DNA of 28,298 nucleotides from Myxococcota bacterium. Lineage in GTDB: Bacteria > Myxococcota > XYA12-FULL-58-9 > JALHOP01. The notes under the pieces are model-generated. The model saw only the letters and a program-made list of their open reading frames with translations. It did no database searches and was not told the DNA's origin. The stretch spans positions 1 through 28,298 of the forward strand of contig JBGGMJ010000038.1 of assembly GCA_041288095.1 (NCBI GenBank), written 5' to 3'. Positions within the stretch are counted from its first letter, which is position 1, and every line of letters begins with the position of its first letter. Of the stretch, positions 1-6,545 are shown in pieces. A program made the position numbers and the translations under genes.

Positions 1-322
1 CCCGCGCCGGATCTTGCGCACGAAGACGCTCGACGAAACCATACCCCGCGTCAGGTCCACCACCGCGTGCGACGGGCCGAGCGCATCATCGAACGGCCGG
101 CGCGGCCCGTGCCGACCTCGCGCGATCCGATAGACGCGACCGTCGTTATACGTATGTGGATCGATACGGCGAGGCACGAGCGAGACGCGACTGCTAGCGC
201 CATGCCAGGGCCCGACCTATCGCAGCGGCAATCGTACGCGCTGAGGACCGCCCGCCCCCGGACGTGTCGCAATGTGAAACGCGATCTCACGGGGCCCGCC
301 CGCGACGAAACCTCGCCCCCGT

Positions 323-351
323 TTGACGATTGCACCCCCCAATGCTAGAGC
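323..351 (+). promoter_or_regulatory. Putative sigma70-type promoter of tig
   Basis: TTGACG (323-328), 17-nt spacer, TAGAGC (346-351) preceded by TG at 343-344 (extended -10); about 45 nt upstream of the tig ATG. Confidence 0.45.
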
Positions 352-396
352 CCGCCCCGGCCAAGCCGCATCAGCATTTAAGAGGTCAAGGGTCCC

Positions 397-1692
397 ATGG
401 ACGTTACGCTCGAGAAGCCTTCCACTTACCTCCGCAAGGTCTACGTGACCCTTCCGTCGGCGCTCGTCGACCAAGCTTTCGAGCGCATCTACCGCGAGCT
501 CGGAAAGCAAGCGGCCATCCCCGGCTTCCGCCCCGGTAAGGCGCCCAAGAGCCTCCTCGACAAGCACTACGGTGGCCGCGTCCAGTCGGAAGTCCAGAGC
601 CGCCTCGTTCAAGACTCGCTCTTCAAAGCCCTCGGCGAGAAGAACGAGAACCCCATCGACATGCCGAAGGTCGAGCCGGGCGCGCTCAAGGCCGGTCACG
701 ACTTCTCCTACTCCGCCGAATTCGAAGTGCAGCCCGAGGTCACGTTGACGACCTACAAGGGCCTCGAGATCACCGCCGTCGACACCGGCATCGAGAACAG
801 CGCCGTCGACGAGCAGCTCGAGAGCATGCGCAAGCAGCAGTCGCAACTCGTCCCGGTGACGGGTCGCGCCAAGGCTCAACAGGGTGACACCGTCGTCGTC
901 GACTTCGTCGGCACGATGGAAGGCAAGCCGCTCGCGGGCGGCCAGGCCGAGAACGCGTTGGTCGAGATCGGTGGCGAGAACTACATCCCCGGGTTCGCCG
1001 AAGGTCTCGAGGGCGTCGAAGTGCCCGGCAAGACGACGTTGAACCTGTCCTTTCCAGCGGACTACTCGGTGGCCGACCTCGCCGGCAAGCCGGTGACCTT
1101 CGACATCACCACCAAAGAGCTCAAGGCGAAGCAAATCCCCGAGCTCGACGACGAGTTCGCCAAGGACATGGGCGAAGAAAGCCTGCTGGCGCTGCGCGGG
1201 AAGATTCGCAAGCAGCTCGAAGAGCAGCGCGTGGAGCAGGCCAAGGAAGAGAAGCGTCAGGGTCTGATGAAGGCGCTCGCCGCCGCCAATCCCTTCGACC
1301 TGCCGCCGTCGATGATCCGCAATCAGTCGGAGCGTATGATCGAGAACGCGACGCAGCGGCTCATGCAGTACACCGGCCGCCGCATCAATCTGTCGCCGGA
1401 AGAGATTCAGGGCCTGCACGCGAGCAATGCCGCCGAGGCCGAGCTCATGGTGCGCAGTGGTCTGCTGCTCCTCGAAGTCGCCAAAGCGGAGAAGATGGAA
1501 GCGTCCGAGCAAGAAGTGGACGCGGAGATCGAGCGCATGATCGCGCCCGCCGGTGATCAGGCCGAGCGTATGAAGGCCGCGTACAACGATCCCAACGTGC
1601 GCCAGCAGCTCAAGTACCGCGTCCTCGAAGAAAAGGTCGTGGAGCTCCTGCTCAAGGAAGCCAAAGAGAAGCCGGCCGAAAAGAAGGCCTAA
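397..1692 (+). CDS. tig: Trigger factor (ribosome-associated chaperone/PPIase)
   Basis: 431 aa; ribosome-binding signature IPGFRPGKAP; FKBP-like middle (GDTVVVDFVG...YIPGFAEGLEG); ELDDEFAKD motif; GAGG upstream of ATG; upstream of clpP/clpX/lon. Confidence 0.97.
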   Translation: MDVTLEKPSTYLRKVYVTLPSALVDQAFERIYRELGKQAAIPGFRPGKAPKSLLDKHYGGRVQSEVQSRLVQDSLFKALGEKNENPIDMPKVEPGALKAGHDFSYSAEFEVQPEVTLTTYKGLEITAVDTGIENSAVDEQLESMRKQQSQLVPVTGRAKAQQGDTVVVDFVGTMEGKPLAGGQAENALVEIGGENYIPGFAEGLEGVEVPGKTTLNLSFPADYSVADLAGKPVTFDITTKELKAKQIPELDDEFAKDMGEESLLALRGKIRKQLEEQRVEQAKEEKRQGLMKALAAANPFDLPPSMIRNQSERMIENATQRLMQYTGRRINLSPEEIQGLHASNAAEAELMVRSGLLLLEVAKAEKMEASEQEVDAEIERMIAPAGDQAERMKAAYNDPNVRQQLKYRVLEEKVVELLLKEAKEKPAEKKA

Positions 1693-1706
1693 AGCCGCGT
1701 CGCGAA

Positions 1707-1735
1707 AGGGTCGCACCTTCCGATGGCGCGACCCT
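1707..1735. terminator. Stem-loop downstream of tig (possible terminator/stabiliser)
   Basis: AGGGTCGC (1707-1714) and GCGACCCT (1728-1735) are perfect inverted arms just after the tig stop; no clear U-tract on the + strand. Confidence 0.45.
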
Positions 1736-1773
1736 AGGATCCGTGACTAGACTGCCTGGCCGGGGGCCAGGCC

Positions 1774-4023
1774 GTGACTGACGGCAGCGCACTGAACGTT
1801 TCGCATCTCAAGGGGGAGCTCGGGACCGGCCGGATGGCCCGGAACGAGCTGCTCGAGGAGATCGAGCGCCATCTCGACCGCAATCCCGAGCGCCCGCTCA
1901 CCGGCGCCCTCGAGCTGGTCTTGGAGCTCCTCCATCAATCGCCTTCGGATCCGCATCTCCTGCGCGTCCTCAAGCGCCTCTACGAACAAGACGGCCACGG
2001 TCGCGACGTCAACGACTTCCCCACTCCCGCGCTCGAGGCCGGGAGCGCCGATGAAGAAGGCCCCAGCACCGTCCGCGATCGCCTGATCGTTTCCCGCGCC
2101 CTGCTCGAGGCAGGGTTCATCGACGACGCCGAGACCAACGCCCGCGCCGCCATCGAGCTCGAGCCCAACAGCCTCGCGGCCTTGAACCTGCTCGCCAAGA
2201 TCCACCACACCCAGGGCAAGCTCTCCGCCATGATCGAGCTGTGGCGCGCCATCCAAGCCCGCAGCCCGCTCCGCGAAGACGCGCTCGCGTACCTCGGCTT
2301 CTTGCATCGCATGAGTCAGGACGAGAGCTTCGCCGGCGCGGCGCTCGTCGCCGTTGGTGACGGCGTCTACGCGCGCAAGCACGAGAGCCAACTCGAAATA
2401 GAAAAAGCCTTCGCCAAGTTTCGCGAGCGCAACTTCGAGGCCGCTATCGCGCAATGCGAGCGCTTCGCCGCCGCGAGCAAGAACAGCCCCGCGATCTACA
2501 AGCTCGCGGTCTTGCAGAAGGCGTGGATTCAAGAGCGCACCGATGATCTCGCCGGCGCCCAGCAAACCTTGCAGCAGCTCGGCCGTGAGCGGGGCTTCGA
2601 GACCGATCTCGATCGGCTCGGCTTCCTTGCGCGCGTTTGCGAGCGCTTGGGCACCAGCGACTCGACCGAACAAGCGCTGCACATCTACGAGCACCTCAAT
2701 CTCCGGCACGGCAAGCTCTCGGCGCTCCCGAGGCTCGCGGCCTTGAACGCGCAACGCGGTGACCAGGCCAAGGCACGCGCTTACGCCGCCGAGTACGAGC
2801 GCCGTTTCACCAAGCGCATGCAGAAGCCGAGCGCTGCCGAGCTGCTGCGCGCTCTGGCTCTTCGCTACATCCCGCTCGGCCGTGTCTCCCGTGGTCCGCT
2901 CACCGCCGAGGACATCCAAGACTGCGAGCTCGAGCTGCAGCTCGCCAAACACGGTGGTGCGCGGCGGCGGCGACGCGCTTTGCTCGCGTTCTTGCGTGAC
3001 GATGTCGCTAAAGCGGAGCGACTCTTCGCCCGCCTCACGCAATCGCGGTGGGCGGTGGCACGCGACCATGCGTACCTCGGTGACCTGCGCAACCTTACCG
3101 GCGCGGCACCGCCTGATGCTTGTTACGCCAAGGCGCTGACCGGCGGCATGCTCGATGAGCCCATGGTTTGGCGGAGCGCTCTCGCGACCCGCAATCGCAA
3201 GCCGCTCGAGGGCGCCATCGCCAGCATGACCGAGCAAGAGCGGACTCGCGCTCACGCCTGTCTCCTCGCCGCCGCCCGCCGCGATCACGCTAATACCGCG
3301 AGCTGGCGCGATCTCGCTGAGCTCGAGACACTCCTCGCCCGCAACGACGAAGCACGGCACCACCAGCGCAAAGCCGAGCAGCTCACCCAGGTGCACGCGG
3401 AGGCTCGTCCTCTAGGGCGGGTGCTGGTCGCCGCGGTCTACTCGCTCAACGGCAAGCCCAAGGGCGTCATCCACGAGCTGGTCGCGGCGCGCTACAAAGC
3501 CCCCGGTGATGCCGCCGCCGGACAGCTCGCCGAGCGCGACATTCTCGGCAACGTCATGCCCGACCTGCGCACCTTGGCCCGCTGGACGTTCGACGTCGTC
3601 TACGACTACGCCCGCGAGACCTGGCCGCACCTGGTACGCGACGTCTTCGACTATCGCTACACCATGCGCTTCAGCAAAGACGACGAGCCCTCGAGCGGCA
3701 ACTCGGCTGGTCTACCGATGGCTATCGCGCTCCTGTCGGTGTTGCTCGACCGCCCGGTGCCGCAGCACACCTGTCTCACGGGCGCGCTGGTTGGCGACTC
3801 CGCGCGCGAGCTCGCCGTGCGTCGCGTTGGTGACGCCGTCTACAAGGTGAAGGGCGCTTACCACCGTGGGCTGCGCCGCATCATCGTGCCGGCGGACAAC
3901 CGCGACGACATCGAGAGCGGTGAGCTGGTGCCGGCGAGCATCGCCTCGCAAATCGTGGGCTACGCGCGTAACCTCGACGACGCGGTACGCGAGCTCTGGG
4001 GCGAGCAGGCTTGGGATTGGTAG
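1774..4023 (+). CDS. TPR-like helical repeat protein with C-terminal Lon-type (S16) protease domain
   Basis: 749 aa (alternative ATG at 1834). TPR-like segments such as AETNARAAIELEPNSLAALNLLAKIHHTQGK. The C-terminus aligns by eye with the Lon in this window: SGNSAGLPMAIALLS vs [22 protein letters not shown] vs IAMTGEI; VGDAVYK vs IGGLKEK; RRIIVPADNRDDI vs [13 protein letters not shown]. No Walker A/B motif seen. Confidence 0.85.
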   Translation: MTDGSALNVSHLKGELGTGRMARNELLEEIERHLDRNPERPLTGALELVLELLHQSPSDPHLLRVLKRLYEQDGHGRDVNDFPTPALEAGSADEEGPSTVRDRLIVSRALLEAGFIDDAETNARAAIELEPNSLAALNLLAKIHHTQGKLSAMIELWRAIQARSPLREDALAYLGFLHRMSQDESFAGAALVAVGDGVYARKHESQLEIEKAFAKFRERNFEAAIAQCERFAAASKNSPAIYKLAVLQKAWIQERTDDLAGAQQTLQQLGRERGFETDLDRLGFLARVCERLGTSDSTEQALHIYEHLNLRHGKLSALPRLAALNAQRGDQAKARAYAAEYERRFTKRMQKPSAAELLRALALRYIPLGRVSRGPLTAEDIQDCELELQLAKHGGARRRRRALLAFLRDDVAKAERLFARLTQSRWAVARDHAYLGDLRNLTGAAPPDACYAKALTGGMLDEPMVWRSALATRNRKPLEGAIASMTEQERTRAHACLLAAARRDHANTASWRDLAELETLLARNDEARHHQRKAEQLTQVHAEARPLGRVLVAAVYSLNGKPKGVIHELVAARYKAPGDAAAGQLAERDILGNVMPDLRTLARWTFDVVYDYARETWPHLVRDVFDYRYTMRFSKDDEPSSGNSAGLPMAIALLSVLLDRPVPQHTCLTGALVGDSARELAVRRVGDAVYKVKGAYHRGLRRIIVPADNRDDIESGELVPASIASQIVGYARNLDDAVRELWGEQAWDW

Positions 4024-4059
4024 GCCGCTTCAGCGGACAGATTCACGGGAGCAGGGTCC

Positions 4060-4101
4060 AAAACGAAAGCCCGCCGCCCTTCCGTTGAAGGTGCGACGGG
4101 C
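4060..4101 (-). terminator. Intrinsic terminator of the hsp20/repeat-protein transcript
   Basis: Minus-strand RNA GCCCGUCGC-A-CCUUC-AACG-GAAGG-GCGGCGGGC followed by UUUCGUUUU, starting 27 nt after the stop of 4128-4760. Confidence 0.85.
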
Positions 4102-4127
4102 CCCGTAACGGCATTGCGCCGTTTGGC

Positions 4128-4760
4128 TTAGAAGCCGTTGATGCCGTAGCCCATGCGTGGGTCGATGCCCATCACGGGAGCGCCGAACGCGAGGCGCGGG
4201 TCATACGCGAGGCGCGGATCGACGTACGGCGTGTGCTGGAGGCCGGCGAGGTTCCAGCCCTGCTGCGGCCAGACGTTCTGCGCCTGCGTGTTCCAGTTGA
4301 TCCCCTGGATGGCGTGCGCGACACCGAGGCCGTGAGCCGCGAAGCGCGGGTCGATGCTGGTGTGCGACAAGCCCTGGTTCCAGCCGTACGCCGGCACGCC
4401 GAGGCGCGGGTCGATGCCGTAGGTCGGCACGACGCCGTACGGCGTGTTCAGACGCGGATCGACGCCGTAGGCCGGCGTGTGGTTCAAGCCGAAGCCCTGC
4501 GCCATCCGCGGATCGACGCCGTAAGCCGGCGTGTGGTTGAAGCCGTAGCCCTGCGTCATACGCGGGTCGACGCCGTAAGCGGGCGTGTGACCGAAGCCGA
4601 CGCCGGCGCTGAAGCGCGGGTCAGCGGCGTAGGGCGAGTGCGACAGACCACCGCCGAACATGGCGGCGCGCTGCGCCATCAAGGTGCGCTGGGTGATCAC
4701 ATCCAGCGTCTGAGCGATGAGGTCATTCAGGATCTGCAGCTTGGTGATTTCCGGATTCAT
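4128..4760 (-). CDS. Low-complexity G/Y/P/H-rich DPR-repeat protein of unknown function (210 aa)
   Basis: ATG at 4760 preceded by GGGAG (4766-4770); GC-rich third codon positions; followed by an intrinsic terminator; N-terminal amphipathic helix, then repeats of GxxHTPAYGVDPR. Confidence 0.85.
   Translation of the reverse strand: MNPEITKLQILNDLIAQTLDVITQRTLMAQRAAMFGGGLSHSPYAADPRFSAGVGFGHTPAYGVDPRMTQGYGFNHTPAYGVDPRMAQGFGLNHTPAYGVDPRLNTPYGVVPTYGIDPRLGVPAYGWNQGLSHTSIDPRFAAHGLGVAHAIQGINWNTQAQNVWPQQGWNLAGLQHTPYVDPRLAYDPRLAFGAPVMGIDPRMGYGINGF
4452..4649 (-). repeat. In-frame 54-bp (18-codon) tandem repeat, about 3.7 copies
   Basis: DPR-encoding words begin at 4452, 4506, 4560 and 4614 on the + strand (period 54). 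Unit is G[FL]xHTPAYGVDPRMxQG[YF], with mostly synonymous differences in the core. Confidence 0.92.
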
Positions 4761-4906
4761 TCTGGCTCCCAATACATTCACGCAAAAGGAGTCCCTGAGG
4801 CACCATGCCCCGAAGACTCATGTTGATGTCACAGGGACCCGCCCATCGCGGACGGACCCGGCCCTGCTTACTGCTCTGTCGACTTCTCATCCGCTAAAGC
4901 GGATGA
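4761..4906 (-). promoter_or_regulatory. Structured intercistronic leader with three hairpins
   Basis: Hairpins at 4887-4906 (UCAUCCGC-UUUA-GCGGAUGA), 4835-4859 (GGGUCCGUCC-GCGAU-GGGCGGGUCC) and 4789-4819 (GAGUCUU-C-GGGGCA-UGG-UGCCUC-A-GGGACUC, then CUUUU). G-U pairs in the last two work only on the minus strand. Confidence 0.6.
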
Positions 4907-4913
4907 AGCCCAA

Positions 4914-5453
4914 TCAAGCGATTTCGACGCGGATGTCGCGCTGCGCCGCGGCGCGCACGTTCTTCTGGAACGTCACCTGGAGCACGCCGCGATCGAGCTT
5001 GGCGCTCGCGGTCTCGGTGTCCACGGTCTGCGGCAGCGGCAGGACGCGGTCGAAGCGGCCGCCCACGGTCTCGACGTGGACCGGGCGCAGCTCGCCGCTG
5101 CTCTCGCGGCCGTCACGACGGTTGCCGGCGATGTGCAGGCGATTGAGCTGAACCTGCACTTGCAGGTCGTTGCGCTCGACGCCCGGCATCTCGACTTCGC
5201 AAGCCCACTGCGACTCGTTCTCGAGGACGTTGATGCGCGGCATGATAGTCGGCATCGCGGCGCGGTTGTCGAGGCTGCTACCCGCCAGAGCGGACTGCAG
5301 GCGCGCGAGGTTTTCGCGCACGAACTGCTCGGCGTTGGCTTCCGGCGGGATCGGCGCCGTGGTGGCGTCGGCGCGACGCGGGTCGCTGCCAGTGAGCTGG
5401 CGGTAGATACCTTGAACCCGTGCAATCTCTTGGTCGACGTTCAAACTAGCCAT
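4914..5453 (-). CDS. Small heat-shock protein (Hsp20/alpha-crystallin) with extended helical N-terminus
   Basis: ATG at 5453 with AAGGA SD; 179 aa; alpha-crystallin motifs PRINVLE, EVEMPGV, LHIAGNR, GRFDRVLPLP, AKLDRGVLQVTF; C-terminal IxV motif (DIRVEIA). Confidence 0.92.
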   Translation of the reverse strand: MASLNVDQEIARVQGIYRQLTGSDPRRADATTAPIPPEANAEQFVRENLARLQSALAGSSLDNRAAMPTIMPRINVLENESQWACEVEMPGVERNDLQVQVQLNRLHIAGNRRDGRESSGELRPVHVETVGGRFDRVLPLPQTVDTETASAKLDRGVLQVTFQKNVRAAAQRDIRVEIA

Positions 5454-5853
5454 GGAGCGTTCCTTAGCCGTGTTGTTGGTGCTGCGTTGTGTGGACGCGT
5501 CTACGCCAGCCGTACGCTCACGCGCGTCAGCCGAGGTTTTCGCAGGACTACGGGTACTGCGCCGGTGCTGCATCGGGTTCCCCCCCGAGTGCTACAGGAA
5601 TTTCGCGAGGCCCTGAGTTAGCAACGACCTCAGCGAGCGGCAAGATACATGTCGGTGGCGATTGCGTGACTCGCGGCGTCTTTAACGCATCGCGCCGCAT
5701 GATCCATGAAGAGATCCGCGGCACTGCAAAACTGGTCAGTGACAAGTGATAGACGAAAATATTTTTCGCGATGATGCGTTCGCCGACGGCGACCGCGATA
5801 GCGGACAGCAGGTCGCCGTTCGTCGACAATCGTCGGCCCGCCGGTCGGAACCG

Positions 5854-5882
5854 TTGACATGTCCTCGCAACGGCTCGACATT
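5854..5882 (+). promoter_or_regulatory. Putative sigma70-type promoter of clpP
   Basis: Perfect TTGACA (5854-5859), 17-nt spacer, weak -10 GACATT (5877-5882); SD AAGGAG at 5896-5901. Confidence 0.5.
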
Positions 5883-5907
5883 ACAGGCCTTCGGCAAGGA
5901 GCCCCCC

Positions 5908-6531
5908 GTGACCTACTACATCCCAATGGTTCTCGAGCAGACGCATCGTGGCGAGCGCAGCTACGACATCTGGAGCCGCCTGCTCAAAGACCGCATCGTT
6001 TTCATCGGCTCGCCCATCAATGACGACATCGCCAATCTGATCGTGGCGCAGCTGCTCTTCCTCGAGAGCGAAGACGCAGACAAAGACATCCACATGTACA
6101 TCAACTCGCCGGGTGGCTCGGTCACCGCGGGTCTCGCCATCTACGACTGCATGCAGTTCATCAAGTCGCCGGTGTCGACGTTGTGCATGGGCCAGGCCGC
6201 CTCGATGGGCGCGGTGCTGCTCGCGGCGGGTGCCAAGGGCAAGCGCTTCGCTCTGCCGCGGGCGCGCATCATGATCCATCAGCTGCTCGGCGGCGCGCAG
6301 GGTCAGGCGAGTGATCTCGACATTCAGGCCCGCGAGATACTCAAGATGAAGAAGCTCTTGAACGAAATGCTCGCCAAGCACTGCAATCAGCCGGTCGAGA
6401 AGATCGAGCGCGACGGTGACCGCGACTACTTCATGGACGCGATGCAGGCCAAGGAGTACGGCCTCATCGACAGTGTCATGGAGAAGCGCGTCATCCCGAC
6501 CGAAAAAGAGAAGGAAAAGGAAGGCAAGTAA
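5908..6531 (+). CDS. clpP: ATP-dependent Clp protease proteolytic subunit
   Basis: GTG at 5908 after AAGGAG; 207 aa; [25 protein letters not shown], catalytic Ser (AASMG), His (IMIHQ) and Asp (DRDYF). Confidence 0.97.
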   Translation: MTYYIPMVLEQTHRGERSYDIWSRLLKDRIVFIGSPINDDIANLIVAQLLFLESEDADKDIHMYINSPGGSVTAGLAIYDCMQFIKSPVSTLCMGQAASMGAVLLAAGAKGKRFALPRARIMIHQLLGGAQGQASDLDIQAREILKMKKLLNEMLAKHCNQPVEKIERDGDRDYFMDAMQAKEYGLIDSVMEKRVIPTEKEKEKEGK

Positions 6532-6545
6532 ACCTTCCCGCGGCG

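Noticed and set aside
1-396. tRNA or CDS upstream of tig (ORFs 51-335 and 67-348; possible gene start at ATG 42 on the minus strand)
   Set aside because: No cloverleaf or T-loop motif seen; the ORFs lack convincing codon bias; only 14 codons of the possible minus-strand gene are visible.
217-3396. Long antisense ORFs (217-1716, 1747-3396, and similar ones opposite clpX, lon, the EEP gene and 20974)
   Set aside because: Typical stop-poor shadow frames opposite real genes in GC-rich DNA; no recognisable motifs.
1774-4023. Second canonical Lon, RadA/Sms or BrxL
   Set aside because: No AAA+ or RecA ATPase motifs and no BREX genes; only the protease domain is shared.
4452-4649. Regularly spaced repeats as a CRISPR array
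   Set aside because: Period is 54 bp (18 codons), the intervening parts are similar to each other, variation is synonymous within an ORF, and no cas genes are present.
4128-4760. Firm call as a RiPP precursor
   Set aside because: No P450, radical SAM, YcaO, lanthipeptide synthetase or exporter nearby; kept only as an alternative hypothesis.
5587-5643. CIRCE (HrcA) operator upstream of hsp20/clpP
   Set aside because: GAGTGCTAC (5587-5595) is an 8/9 half-site with no partner arm 9 nt away; TTAGCAACG...GAGCGGCAA (5618-5643) matches only 6/9 per arm with an 8-nt spacer.
5756-5765. AAAATATTTT palindrome in the hsp20-clpP spacer
   Set aside because: Short, seen only once, and not assignable to a regulator.
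5746-5907. N-terminal extensions on ClpP (also ClpX 8660, Lon 12139, Hsp20 5573, LysR 21614, DUF4349 18242)
   Set aside because: Longest-ORF artefacts; downstream starts fit family N-termini and SD or promoter positions better.
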